Shown in pieces: positions 11,814 through 25,867 of a stretch of 64,000 nucleotides of DNA (positions within the stretch are counted from its first letter, which is position 1; each line of letters starts with the position of its first letter). Both the position numbers and the translations under genes were made by a program. The notes under the pieces were generated by a model. The model was not told where the DNA came from and searched no databases. It was given only the letters and a program-made list of their open reading frames with translations. Source of the DNA: Catajapyx aquilonaris (Eukaryota); assembly GCA_000934665.2 (NCBI GenBank), contig JYFJ02001330.1, positions 1 to 64,000 on the forward strand, given 5' to 3'.

Positions 11814-14259
11814 TTATGAGGTAAAGATATACCCATACTTGTGGTTCGAAGAAACGGGCAAGAATTTCTGCGCTCCAGCCACTGGCACGCCTGCTGATCC
11901 TCCAAAAGGACCTGGCCCTGGAGCGGCTGAGTATGGGGCTAGCCCAGGGGCAGGAGCAGGGGCAGAAGGAGCAGGAGGGGCCTTGGGTATGTCCGCGCCG
12001 GTGGCCACATAACCCGTGGCAGAACCGGCCTTGTAGTCAATGGAATGGGTCTGTCCGTCGAGGCCAATGTACGAGTAAGACCCCTTCACGTTTCCGGTAG
12101 GGTCAGACATCTCCTTACGGTTGTACGAGGTAGTGTCGAATGAGAAGTCGTACGATGCGTCTTGTGTCCGGGAAGGAGATGGAGCGGAGTAGGTGGAAGG
12201 ACCGGATGAGTAAGGAGCAGGGGCTGCCCCGGGGCCATCTGGCACGCCGCCTGGGGTGTCAAATGAGTAGGAGTAGGCTGCTGGGCTGTTGGCCCTCACA
12301 CTGGCCGTACCGCTGGATGGTCCGGCATTGATGTTGTATGATGTAGCAGGCGATGAGAAGCTGGACATCAGCGTGCCTGAACCGGACGGGGCACCGTTTG
12401 CTCCCCTGAATGACGGAGCACCGTTGGTGGTGTCGAAATTGTACGATGAGGAAGGTGACATAAATCGGAGGCTGCCTGCAGGTCCTGACCCTCCATTGGC
12501 AGAGTATGTCGATACAGGTGATGGTGCACCAGGCAGCTCCATCTTAGGTATGTCCGCCGATTCGGCCACGAAGCCCTTCTCAGCACCGGACATGAAGGTC
12601 AGACTATGCGATTTGCCGTCATTGCCCAGGTAGGAGTAGCTGCCCTGGATGTTTCCCTTGGGGTCAGACGTCTCCTGTCGGTTGTACGTAGGGGTGTCGA
12701 AGGTGAAAGTGTATGAGGCATCGGCGTTGGGGTCAGCCAGAGGGTCGTTAAAGCCGTTGGAAGATGGTGCAGAGTAGGGTGCTGCTGCGTATGGCTGGAC
12801 AGGTGCTGGTGCTGGAGGTGATTTGGGCAGGTGGTCACCTCTGGGTTGGAACCCTCCTGTTCCGGCGGTGTAGTCCAGCTGCACTGTGTATCCGCTGGGG
12901 TCCTTGTAACCATACGACCCTGCGACCTCGCCACCACTGCCGCCTTCAGCCTTATGGTAGCTACCATCTCCGGTATCATACCCAAAGACAAAAGCACCAT
13001 CGGGCTTCTGCAGACTATACTGCTCTCGTCTGCTGGCCGGTAAAGACGGTACATGTTGGAAAGCACCCATAGCCTGGTTAACCAGCAGGAACAGCACAAT
13101 CTGAAAATAGGCGCAGTTACATAAAGGGCTATAAAAAGGTGCTCCTAATTGGTGTTTTCCTTTAGGACAAACGTCTGCCTGAGGGTGTAACATGCAATTG
13201 AACATTAGGGGAGGGATGGAAGAACACTTAGCAAACAAGCCGTCACTATCTTTTGATAGCGATTGCAGGCTACATCCTCATTGTTCGGATGGGGGTTTCT
13301 CAGTAGGTGCACATAATGTGAAGCTCCACCCATTCGCACGAAGGACACGCACACGTGTATGGAGACTATTGGAGGTGGGGACCTGAACCCTCCTGTATCG
13401 TTACTCATTCGCAAGATACGCGTTTCTGTACTTGACCTTTGCTTGGAAGGCTACGTTGCCATAAATATTTTGCTGTCTTGTTGGGACCAAGACTAGTGCG
13501 TCATAGTCAAAATAATACTGAACTTGGGCAATAAATGCGGTTATTTTGTTATTTTCCAGAGGCACAAACCCGCGGGTCCTATAAAATGTCTTTGAATGCA
13601 ACCGAATTAAAAGCAATCTTTCTAACCCAATTTTTAAAGTCCAAATGACATTACCTTTGTTGTCATTGATATTGCGATTGCTTTGCAATAACAACAATGG
13701 CCACGTCCCGTAAGACCTTTAAAATCGGAGTAAGGATAGAAAATTAATATTGTAACACACATTGCAATGAAGAATTATAAAGAAATTTTAATTTTGACTT
13801 TAAACGCGTTAATACCATAGATTCCTGAATTATGCAAATGGGTTAGGGCGTTTTTAGAACAAACCCTTGCAATTAAGTAATGTAATTACGAGAGAAATTC
13901 CAATTCTGGCCATGAGTAATTTTACGGTAGTATTTATAAAATTTAAGTTGCATCCAAAATATTTTTGCAGAAACTGAACTATCCAAAAAATAGAGAAAAT
14001 TATAGATGTGTCAGTTGCTTGAGCTTGCACATGCAAATAATGTGTTACAAATTCTGACATAAAAACTTGAACGCCCCATGTTCTTAGAACAATGGATATT
14101 ATTTTCCGACGCAATAAATTTTTTGATTATTTTAACCAAAAAAATGTAGTGACTATAACAGCAAAGTAAGTAATATACTGATGGTAAAGACAATAGTTAT
14201 AATGCTGAATAAAACTATAAGTACAATATATTAGAACCAACCTTGTTGAGGTAGCCCAT
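11814..14259 (-). CDS. Cuticular protein H with three R&R chitin-binding domains, complement(join(11814..13100,14242..14259)), 434 aa
   Basis: TATAAAA 14341..14335; MGYLNK|gttggt...tttcag|IVLFLLVNQAMG; three G.V.GSY.Y...DG-type domains separated by Pro/Ala/Ser/Gly linkers. Confidence 0.85.
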
Positions 14260-14619
14260 GGTGCTCGCAGATCACACCCAGATGCCTCAACCACAAGTTG
14301 GGTTGTTGGACAATGAAGCCCAACATCCGATTGCTTTTATATCCGAGCTCTTGGCATTGATATGAGATCTGGATAAGCAGAGCGCCAATGAGGATCCCAG
14401 GAAGCATCGGCGGAGAGAGATTCCTCCTCCTCATCTTCAAGGTTGCTTACTCGCTACTTGACCTGGTCGAACGACAGGCTACTTCTTCATTCAACCCTTC
14501 AAGTCCCAGCCACTTTGTGGTTCAACAACTCTATAGTGCCAAAGGACACATTCTGGTGCAATGCTGTCAAGACTGGACAATAATTATGTGAATTTTTAAT
14601 AAAATATATTACTTCCACA

Positions 14620-14800
14620 TATTATATTACCTTATTATTACCTTATGTATTACCTTATAATATGTATTACCTTATAATATGTATTACCTTATATGTGTAT
14701 TACCTTATATATTACCTTATATGTGCGTATTGCCTTATATATATTGCCTTATATATGTGTATTACCTTATATATTACGTTATATATATTACCTTATAATA
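14620..14800. repeat. AT-rich degenerate tandem repeat (TATTACCTTATA-like unit)
   Basis: About 10 variant copies of tattacctta(ta). Confidence 0.75.
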
Positions 14801-17579
14801 TCGTATTATTTTTCTAATATTGGTGGTTCTAATGGTTATAAGATTAGCCTTTTATTTTTCATCATTAGAATGAAATGTTAGCAATAAATGTTTATTATCC
14901 TTCTGACAGGCCTATTACATGTGTACAGTGCATAGATTCATGGAAAACAGCTTTGCAAGAAAAGAAAAAAAACTAGTTCAGTGCTGCACTATCAGTAGTA
15001 TACATGCAATCCTTCTTTTAAATGAAGATTTACAACATCTTACATGACGCACATTGATCTGCACAAAACTTTTAATTAGCTCTGAGACTAACAAAGACCG
15101 CAGAAAACCTAACATGCATCGAGGACAACTGCATTGACGAATAATGGACATTTGAACCAGATTAACATCAGAATTCGCACGCCTTGTGTACTTTTTCGTC
15201 GTTTTTCATGGTCCGACCATAACGTTATTTCCACCGGAATGACTCGGATTCCAGTTTTCGTTATAATTAGAGTAGGCCCCATGTAGCTTTATCTGAACAA
15301 GATAATCCTGACTTGTCGAATAAAAAAGCTCCAAGGTCCATAACTTGCACTCGTTTTTCCCAACCGAGCACAATAAAGAGGTGTCCGGACAACGTGATTG
15401 GTAACGCCAGCATCAAAGGATGGGCACCTCATTAGCAAACCGTCCGGACCTGGTGCAGACAGTTATGTTTTCATGTGACTTCAAACTATTAGACAAGGTG
15501 CTCCTGTTTTCTTGCTCTCACACTACTCAGGGACACATCGGAGGTCATTAATTTTTAGAACAATTCAATAGAACGGTATCAAAACTGAAATTTTCCACGG
15601 TTATTCGTAGGTGTAATTGATGGTCTCATTACCGTACAGTTGCTGTCAATGGCCAAAATAATTGCTTGCAGATTATAGGGTCGATTAGAGAGGGTGTGGC
15701 AGCCCGTGTCAAGATTTGCAGATATGATGAATACATTAGCCTTTTTCAATTTCAGGCTTGCAGTTAGCAACAAGGTACCATAAATTCGGTAAATATATTT
15801 TCCCCAAGATTTGGCAGGTGTATGTAAATTAGTGCATCACATACCCCGACTATAGTCACATCAGGGCATTTGTCCATCCCGATGTCCTTGCACTGAAAGT
15901 TTCTGGAATGTTCACAGGGAAGGGCTTGATATGTGTGGGGAAAAAGATATGGGTGGAGATATGACCAGCATCCTCCTCCCATTCCTCCTCCTCTACCACA
16001 CCATACCCATCTGCTAAGCTATCAGAAGGACACTTGGTTGGCACCGAGTAACGGGTCACAGAGAGGAGGCTGGGCACTCCTAGATTCGTAAGAAAAATAC
16101 ATGATCTGTTCGGGGCATCATTTTCGCGACTCTAATGACAGGCAGGTGAGGGCCTTGCCAATTCGACAGTCGTTTGTCGGGTTGGAAATGACAATTGGAG
16201 GCAGAGCTGTTGTCATCTTCGGAGGTGATTATCGTTGGGTGATAAGGAACGCCGAAATGAAATTAAAATTGTAACAAAACATTAACATAATTTTGATAGC
16301 AACTTGACCTTACATTAAAATAGTTTAAAAATAATTTCGCCTGAAATTCCATGGCTATGATGTAATCGGTATCCGCTTGCTGCTACTTTGCACATTAACG
16401 CAATATGAATGACAGTGCAAAGCATAAGATTTTTGCATACAGTGGAGGGCGTGATATGTTTTTCTCGCCTCTTAGTATTTGTGCGCAAGGTTGACAAATA
16501 AGGTCGGTGTCAAAATTTACGACCATCTCACAGACAGGAGCACAGGCGACACGGAAGCTTCTACCGCATTTATATTGAACACAAATAGTTACCTTTTGTT
16601 TGTACGAATATGTAACATAAGAATATGTCGCGGATTAAAGATCATGTCAATCATACTTCTATAGTAGTACGTGGATTACTATGTGATGCTATATGCAGAC
16701 TAATGGTCGGATTCATAGAAAAAAAGGGTGTGGGATCATCTGCTACCGTTATCTGAGTGAAGAAGGTCGTTGGGCTGCTGCTGGGCTGGTGAGATCAACC
16801 TTACTAGTCGATGGTGCTCCACATTCCTCCAAACTGGATTGGAGCAAGGTGAGGATTAATAAGGGGGCGATTTGTATATGTATCATTTCCGTATCTGGCG
16901 AATCCATACATTATAGTCATGCGTGACATCACATTATGATTGTAGGTTTCCTACTGTCATTAGGAATAAGTGGCGGAAAATTGATTTTTCACTCAAATAT
17001 AAATGGCGACAATAATTGCGAGTAGTTACAGGATATTAACTTGCATGTAAGAATGTAAAGATCTCAATAACGTCGTCATTTGACGTCCAAATGACATCAC
17101 CATAGTTGTCAGCAATTTACAATAACAATGGAAAGGTGACATCATTCGATACTTTTACAAATGAGGTTTATTCACACAATTACACAACTTAGCATTTTAT
17201 TACAATTTTTTATTGATACTTTCACAAAACTATACAATGGTCTTTGCAATATTTTAGTAGCTGCTCAATATCTGAGGTAACTACCATAGTGCTTAGACCA
17301 CAATATTCAAATACAATAACTCATTTCTTGTCTTTTTTTTTGTTAACATCCGTAGGACTAGAGTGTACATAATTACGATGTAACATATAAAATATCAACT
17401 GTCAACAAGATATAACAAACGATATCACTCGGTTAAGTCCATAACAATAAAAAATGTGCTTTACCTTACCAAAGTAAAGCAAACTGCAATTTACTTTCTA
17501 CGAAGCGCGCTTTTTTTTTGTAAAGAAATGCAGCTTCCCATGTGAATGAGGTCTTTCATTTTTTCAATCCGGATTAATA

Positions 17580-20500
17580 TTATTCACTCCTGGGGAATTT
17601 CCCAAAGTTTCCTTCTGCATGGAAACCGCCCTTGGGATGGGCGTGGTAGTTCACCACCTGCAGCTTTCCTTGCTTATCGTAAAAACCATATTGTCCTTTG
17701 ACCTGACCATGATTGTCCCTCTCTTCGAATCGGAACTGCCTGTGCTTACTGCAATGAAAAATTTAAAAAAAACATATAAGTACATGCATATTTGTACATT
17801 AAATTAATTTTTCACTCATCTTCAGTTGAAGAGTATGAATTTATCACAAGAATTAGCATATGACCACTAATAAAAATATTTGCTGATTTAATTGCCACCC
17901 TGCAGACATATTGTTTAATATAAAGTGCAAAGTCATCAATGGAGCAGGTAGTGAAGGTGTGGCATGTTTGATGGTGATTTCTGCAACCTAAAGGTGTGTG
18001 CCCTCATTCTGTTCTATCTCAAGTAACCTCTCCCTTCACCGTTTCGTTCTAAGCTTTTCCTGTGCCCATTTCTTTTTTTTTTTAGCCATGTCCAGATGTT
18101 GTTACTTGACACTTTCTTTACGTTTGTTCCGTTTCGCGGTACTTTCCTCTCTCGCTTGCTCGCTAATTCAAGAACGTGTGATTGGCAATTTGCGTTGAAA
18201 GTAAGGTACAATGTCAGTGTCAAGAGCGAGGAGGAGTGCGTGAGAAAGTAAGTTTTTTTTATGACAAGTCATGCAAGATTTTTACTGCTACGTTGTAATG
18301 TGAGGTAAATTATTCTTTTATAAGGTGCATCAAGCTGAAAATCAGGTAAAATTCTGGTGTCATCATGCGACAATTTTAACTCAAAAAAATGAAACAATAT
18401 TTAACTCTAAAAAAGGCAGTGTAGAGAAATTTTGAATTGCTGTGTCTAAAATCATGTGGCCATTAATGTGAAAGCAACAGTACCGGTAACTATAAAACTT
18501 AATTCTCACCAAATGACTTATCAATGCAGAGTCATAAAGTGTCTTATTTTATTAGCCACTTGTCTCAACAAAGTAACTATTGAAACTCCACGAAAGGTTG
18601 CATCAACTTGGTTCATTCACCTTATAATTTACCTTTCTCTAATCCCAGCACTTGCATGAGTACGATCAAACCGATTGCAATATTTTCTGCACCATGAAAA
18701 AAATTACAACCATGAAATTACAGACCGTTTATCTGCATTGCCTGTTGACTCCACAAATGCAGTGTAATGTACAGTACGTCAAGTATAAAACGTCATGGTT
18801 GTGCAATTGTGCATATGACGTCAAGTCACATCGAAAAACATGAAATTCATTTCTATGATTTACAAGATATGTCCTCCATAAAACATCTGAACCGTAGAGA
18901 TATACAATCAGCATGTAAACAAGAGAAACAGCTGAACTTTCAGCGCTTTCTACATTTTTCAACTGTTTCTCAAAAAAGGCCTGAAAAATGAAATGCCAGC
19001 TTGCTCCAGGTGCTTGGCATTTAATGAGACAAACGAATTGAGAGCAAGTCCAATGAGATTGCAAAAAAAAAGGTTGTGTCCATTCATGCATACGAGTCGT
19101 GACAAAATCCTGGCACGATTTTTGGCAGCAAAAAAAATTAGTGCCCTTGCGTTGAGGCTCCTAGTGGTACCTTTTTGACTCACCCTTTTCCGGTGTCGTA
19201 TCCGAATTTGTACGAATGAGGTCCATTGTGACCACTCACATGATAGAGGATTCTACCAGGTTCGTGACCCTGTTCTACATGACCATGTTCACCTCCATGA
19301 CCTTCGTAGCCTCCGCCGTATTCGTCTCCACCACCGCCAGATCCGAAGAAACCAGAGGCTGATATCTGTTATTAACATAAATTCATTAAAATATGACCCA
19401 AACACATATTAGGGACATTATGAAGATCTAATCATTTTTAAGTAACTGACACAGTATTGCACCGTACAGTACGGAAGCAGAGTGTCGTAACATTGTGAAT
19501 CAGGGCATCAAAATTGCTGACTGTCAAAAGGTACGGTAATTGGTCATGTGACACTGCCTGCCAAATGTACGCCATAGCTTATGAAAATAATTTCAACTCG
19601 CTAAATCGCTTGATTAGTAATCAGGCTAAAATTGCACAATATTTGTGCCTAATTGGCATGTCTGTTCCTATTTTCACGTTAGAAATGAAATGGTACACTC
19701 TTAACCATTTACCTTCTCTAGAGAGGGTAAGAAAGTGGCCATTTTTTACCTTACATTGTAGGGTAAATATTCTTGGGTAAATTGATTCTAAGGTAAATTT
19801 TGCATGTATTACCTTAGAAAATAGAGGGTAAAAAAGGGCCTCTTTTTTACCCTCTCTAGAGAAGGTAAATGGTTAAGAGTGTATGTAGCCCAGCTACGAA
19901 CAATACATCACTGCTTAATTGACGTCACGTCAAGACTGACACATCGTTAACTAGCAATTTGACGCATCACCTGAGGAGAATGATATGTTTCTTCAGTATC
20001 CTCCGGCTCATATTTGACAGGCTTAGGCTTCTTGTGGATCGTCTTGTAACTGGCGTCCACCAAATAGGGTTTCTCAGGAATCCTCACCTTCTTCACCCTT
20101 TTGGGCAACCTGAACTCGATCTTTCCCTTAGGTGGAAAGTAATTTTCAGACCTTATCTTAGGCGATTTGTGTTCCCTTATGGACAGTGTGGACGGCGTGA
20201 TGTGCTGTGAAGGTGTCGGCCTGTCAATTTGGTATGCTGGAGAGTAATCCTCAAAGTCATCATGTGTTTGATGAGTCGTGGTCTCCTGAAGATGATGTGT
20301 TGGAGAGTCTATCTGAGCCTTTAGTTTTGTGTAGGTGAAAGGGTTTGTGTCTGGCGGAGACGGCCTGAACATCAATGGTGGTTTGGACCGTTGTTCTCTA
20401 GGAGCTGGAACAAACCGATGAGGATTCGGAGGTGGAAACAGTGGGAAATGGCTCCGAGGCTTTGAGGTGTGGACAACGCTGATCAGCAACGATGCCCAGA

Positions 20501-21665
20501 TCTGCCGAAGAGAAAGGGAAAATTTCATGACCCACATTTTATCCTTTGGTACCATAAGAACAGGGAGGTTAGGGGGACATGTACACCCCCCAGTTTGCTC
20601 CTTCGTTTCGCGCATTTGTTAGCTCCTCTAGAAGACAATTGTGTGAATTGGGCGGATGAAGGTTCGTTAGGAAGTTCTCTCACTTTATCTCCGGTTGGAA
20701 GAAGCCGGTTTTTCTGGGGTGCTGCAACAATGGCAGTTTGTCGCTATCTGTTTCATCTGCACAGGAAGATGTGACACTGCGAAGTGCTCCCATAAAATAT
20801 TCCGAGCTTCCTGATTTACCATCACGAATATGAAAACTATGTTATGCGGCTGTAGTTGCCGCCACGGAAATAAGAACGTGGAACCAGGTGTAAAGTTCAG
20901 ATGAACTTTGCTGGATGCATATGCACGTAACAATATACAATACAATCGGGAACGGAAGTATGGGCTTAATATTAATCACGCATGCACGATGGCGATTTAA
21001 AATAAAATCGGATCTAAACTTATGGACCACATATTAGGTGTAGGAACAGGCACTTAACACGTTACTCTAAAATAATTGCTAAATATTATTTTTAAAATGT
21101 TGTACTACTGTTGCATTTATGTATTATTTAAAATTACTGTATTATTGTGAAAGTTACACAAATTATTCTGTAATCGCTATTAAGGCTCGCAATAATAAAA
21201 TTGCTAAATTGGGTCTCTGTGGTACAAATTCAATTTAATGACATTTTAAATCAGTTTGTAGTAAAGATCATTTTAGCAGCCTATTTATATGCTCCTTTAT
21301 ATGCTTACACACTACCTAAAGAGTTTGGATTAGTCTACTTAGTATCACCACACAAAAAAGTCCGAGACACACAATAGTCCAATCAATTAACATGCAGCAA
21401 GCCGGTAATCCGATCAGCAAAACCTGCTCTTTACATACCGGTATCCTTTAGCACGTAAACGCAAACAATATTAAACCAACACGCGTCCAAGGTTCCCAAC
21501 AAAAAAATGTGATGTTTCTAGTTCACCTTCGTGTCAACTACTACATTACGCTAAATAAAGCTATCATCAGCATCCCAAAAAAATTTGCACAAAATCATCA
21601 ATCCTTTTTGGTAACACTCGCACACTATGTACCGGCACACGTACCACAGCTGTAGCAACCCGCAT
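17580..21665 (-). CDS. Cuticular protein I with C-terminal R&R domain, complement(join(17580..17748,19184..19365,19971..20501,21645..21665)), 300 aa
   Basis: TATAAAA 21748..21742; MRVATAV|IWASLLISVVHT signal; Pro/Lys-rich region; HNGPHSYKFGYDTGKG|KHRQFRFEERDNHGQVKGQYGFYDKQGKLQVVNYHAHPKGGFHAEG R&R domain split by a phase-2 intron. Confidence 0.85.
19696..19881. mobile_element. 186-bp MITE with CACTC termini, flanked by TA
   Basis: TA-CACTCTTAACCATTTACCTTCTCTAGAGAGGGTAA...TTACCCTCTCTAGAGAAGGTAAATGGTTAAGAGTG-TA; 35-bp perfect TIR; lies in intron 2 of gene I. Confidence 0.8.
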
Positions 21666-21741
21666 CTTGTCCGGCACCACAAGAACCACTGTTACTAGAT
21701 GACCTCCTTTGGCCTGTGCCATACAACAGACCTCTCCTCTC

Positions 21742-21770
21742 TTTTATAAAGAGTTGCCCCACTGACGTCA
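21742..21770 (-). promoter_or_regulatory. CRE (TGACGTCA) plus TATA promoter of gene I
   Basis: TGACGTCA 21763..21770 lies 14 nt upstream of the minus-strand TATAAAA. Confidence 0.55.
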
Positions 21771-24700
21771 CGAGAGACACACGTTCGGGATCACTCGGTC
21801 GTAAAAAGGGGAAAGTTAAAAAAGCCAGTGAAGACAAGATAGAAACAACAACTCAAAAAAAAAAAGAGATGTAAACGTGTGTGTTGTATGGTACGAAGGA
21901 AATATGACTTCATGACCCGTAGGCATTTTTTTTGTTTTCTTTTTTGGTTCCGCTTCAGGTAGCACCCAGTGTGTTGCCCACCCGCAGAGTATGGTTTCAC
22001 TCTTGTCTTTCGTGATGGGTGACCATATTGAATTCGAGGTTTCCCTGACACTGGACGTGTACGTGCGTGTACTTGGTGACAATGACCGTTACGTGAAAAT
22101 TGTGCATGGTATCGCACACTGCAATTATCGTCGCAAAAATGACTAGCAGATGCCTCCCCGGTGTGTTGTAATGGTAATGAGGTTATCTTGATGATATCTA
22201 CATTATTGTAGGAAGTTTGTTACGTTCCATACACTCGATATGCCTTAAAACTACCATTGAAAACAATAATAAGTCAAAGTTTTTTTTTCATTGCCTCATC
22301 TGGGGAGGACAATCATGCCTCGGTTAGCGGAATCGAAATAATATGCTGATTGGATGTGTAATAAGATGACTGCGGATAGAATGCGGATTGAATTTTAATT
22401 GTAAGGTAATTGGCTGTAAGGTAAGGCGGGGCTGCTTATAGTAGTTTTGACTCAAAAAAATAATATACAGTAGGCTATAATGCGACATAATAATTATATG
22501 AGTTATAGCACAATCACCATTACTTGGGTTACCTGGATACTTCACCCTGTAACAATAAGGTATAAGGTGGAGTCTCATGAAGGAGTCATTAGGCTATGAT
22601 ATTAGAGAGTGTAATTAGTGGACATTGAGATTGAGATTGTTACAATAACTTGTCATAATGCGTTTTTTCTCACTTGCGTAATGTACAGTAGAAAATGTGA
22701 AAGTGGGTTTAACAATGGAGTGTTACAGTGTCACTTGAAGTCTCAGCTCAGGAGACATTAGGAAGTACATGATTTTAATGTGATTTCATGCAACAACCAG
22801 GCATTAGAAATCGGCAGAAAAATTTATCAAGATTTAATGTACAAAAATATTGTTGTAGCAGCAGTTTGGATATTGTAACGAACGTTATAGTGTAATGCAT
22901 GGTGCTGCAAGTTTACCACTTTGCCAATTTGACAAACATATTATTAGGAAGAAAATTATTGGGAAAGAAATCTCAGGATTTGAAAAGTCGGGTCCTATTA
23001 ACAAGGTTTTCTCTTGCCATTAAACCGAGAGTGACACATTTTTTAAAAAAATTTGGAATTCATGATGGAGCAAATTGAGCTTAAACAGAGCAGCGGTTTC
23101 TCTCAGTATAATAAACTGCTAACAACTGTTGAGCTTTTTAGAGCTCTACAGACACCCAGTTTATTACCAAGAGAAAAACAAGGTGTGTGAGCACGATCTG
23201 TTATATCCGGATTTGCTCTCTATTTTCATTCCTATAATACACCTGTCATAATTATCAAACGCATTGTACACTGACGCATCAGTAATATTGAAGCAACTTT
23301 GTTATAGGCCATTCACACATGCATTTTTTCACATGATAGTTCAGTGATGAGTGTAGTTCATCTGGCCTTGTACAGTACTGTACAGCACTTACTAGTGCGT
23401 GTACGAAAATGTGAGTTATGTGTTTTATGACAGGTCCCGCGATGAAAAGTATGAACGGTATTTTTACACCCTAAGCATGCCATGTTTCTGCATGTAAACT
23501 ATACAATCTCAGTTCGCAGTATTTTTTTTAACGACTTTCCATATTGATTTCTCTCACTGAGATACAGTTAATCTCTCCACATGATACCGTATACACTGAC
23601 AGTTACTTCAAATTGTCCAAAAAATATATTCAAAAATATTTTTAAGAACCAAAAACCTCTATCCTTACCCTATCCTTGTTTCCTTGCACCGGAGAGAGAA
23701 GAAAAGTTGCAAAAACACTCAAAACTGATGGTGGTATGCCACCCCCTATAACGGCTTACAATGTTGAAAACTTTGTGGCAGTAAACCTCATGATGATATT
23801 ATGTTATATACAGTAGGCTATTATATTGTATACTAATTTTGTAAATTGGCAAGTGTGATATCATTTTTGCACTCCCGTTTAATTCTCAGATGTCCATCAT
23901 TTGTATCATTATTCTAGTGAATATGAAAAGTTAGTCCTCATTGTTACTTTTCATGAAAGTAGGTCTATGGATTGTTATCTACTTAGTGTTATTTTTCCAC
24001 ATCTTGTCTCTTTTTCTTGCCACCAAAAACTACGCATGTGTAATACAAACATGCAACATTATATTTTCAAGTGTGAATATCCTCCACACTTCTCTTTTAT
24101 GCCTAAAAGTCCCGCTTAACGAGCAAGTAAGACCGTGACGGTGTAAATACAGCAATAACTTATAATTTACAGTTAATGTTCTAAATTGATATTAAATACT
24201 TGCAAAACGGTATACAGCAGCATTAAAAACTGTCGACCCACTTACACCCACTTTTCCCAAAACATCTCAGAAAAAAATTGGTAACATCTTCAGTTGTAAT
24301 TTTCTACCAACAATGGTATTATTGTACAGACTCAATCACGTGCAAACACAATATAACTCATCTTCCATTTAATCCACACATTCATTGAAACATCGTCTCA
24401 TATTACAACTCTTCCGTATCATCTCTTTTTTTTTGTTTTCAACATTGTTACATTGTTCTGTTACTTTCTCTTTGTTAGTTAGCTGTCACTTCCTGGCACC
24501 CGACAGAAGCATCTAACAATGCTTGTTCCTCGCTTCAATAACAATATTTTTTACCCAGAAAAATATTGTACATTTCCATAGATCACGTACCGAATGTGAT
24601 CATTGTTTCGCAATGGTTGAATAATACTTTCTCTGTTCAAAAAATCCAGTTTTTTTTTTGTCAGGAGCGGAAACCACAATTGCAACCAGTGCTTCCTTTT

Positions 24701-25441
24701 TTCTCGCTTCAAATGGTAGTAGTTACAGCTGCTGCGCTAACGATGGACGTGCATCGGGTGACCCTTGACTTGTCGTGACGACGCGGTGTTTATTCTTGCG
24801 AGAAACATTATTAATAACCCATATGCCAACTTTCTTCTATCACTTTCTAGCACTCGGTTTGAGCTTAGCTGTGGGCTAATAGAAAGTCATCAATGATGGA
24901 AAGGAACTATTAATTATTCATACACCAAGAGTGTAGGAGGGCACTAATTTTACTGCCACAAGCACGGAAGGGCAATTGTTGAGAAAGGGAACGGTGATAA
25001 GTTGTTTGGTTGTAGTGCTTGGGAAGTAATTTTGGAAGTAATAATAAATTAGTCGTTGCACATGTCTGACCTTATATGGTTTTCTGCAATTAACAAGTTG
25101 GTTTTTAAAAAATGTGAAAATATATCATTGACATATCAGTTCAAATAATGAAAATTGCACAATATTTCAAGTATCATCAGCCGCTAGTTGATTCTACATC
25201 TCTAGGGAAACTACACCATTAAACGATTGAAGCATAAAATTCCCATGATATTTATCAAAAGTAAAACCATTTCCTCCAACTAGACCTTGACCTACTCTAC
25301 AAATGTTCACCTGGGTAAGCACAACTGCCTTCCAGCAAGGTCAATGGCACCGTATTGTCCACGAGGCCCCTCCCAAATGCAAACAAAATAGAGACAAAAC
25401 ATGGTATCCATTTATTTTAATACTTTTCACACACATCAGTT

Positions 25442-25867
25442 TTAAAACTTGGATGGATTGGCCACAATTTCTTCCACCAACTTCTCTTCCACTTTCTGCA
25501 AAAGGATCACATCATTCGAAGAAAAGTTGTAGCTGAGAAACACCTGCTTGTTCAGTCTTTTACTGAGTCTGGTGGCCATAAAGGTGGACACGTCCGGGTC
25601 CCCTCCTCCTCCTCCTCCTCCTCCCATGATGTGACAACTCAGGTGTGAGCCGTCTTTGGAAGGGCGGGAGTTCCGCATGGCCACAGATAGGTCATCAAAC
25701 CTGGCCTTGTCTTCAGGTCCAATCCAGATAAACACACTGTCCTGCAGCTTAAGAACCTGGTAGCAAGCTGTAACATTGTCCGACAACCGACTTGTGAACT
25801 GGTGAACCTGTATTGTGCATGGTTGAGGTGGAGCCTCTTTCAAGTCCTTTGGCTCGGTTTCCATCAT
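25442..25867 (-). CDS. PSMG4: Proteasome assembly chaperone 4 (PAC4)
   Basis: HQF...QVLKLQDSVFIWIG, DLSVAM, S..MATRLSKRLNKQVFLSYN and VEEKL..E....P.KF match PAC4; an acceptor just before the ATG implies a 5'UTR intron. Confidence 0.88.
   Translation of the reverse strand: MMETEPKDLKEAPPQPCTIQVHQFTSRLSDNVTACYQVLKLQDSVFIWIGPEDKARFDDLSVAMRNSRPSKDGSHLSCHIMGGGGGGGGDPDVSTFMATRLSKRLNKQVFLSYNFSSNDVILLQKVEEKLVEEIVANPSKF

Noticed and set aside
14231..14440. 69-aa minus-strand ORF with a hydrophobic stretch
   Set aside because: It overlaps the TATA box, 5'UTR and micro-exon of gene H, which explain the region better.
15764..16260. GC-richer segment with short ORFs (EEEEWEED)
   Set aside because: No consistent splice model or recognisable homology.
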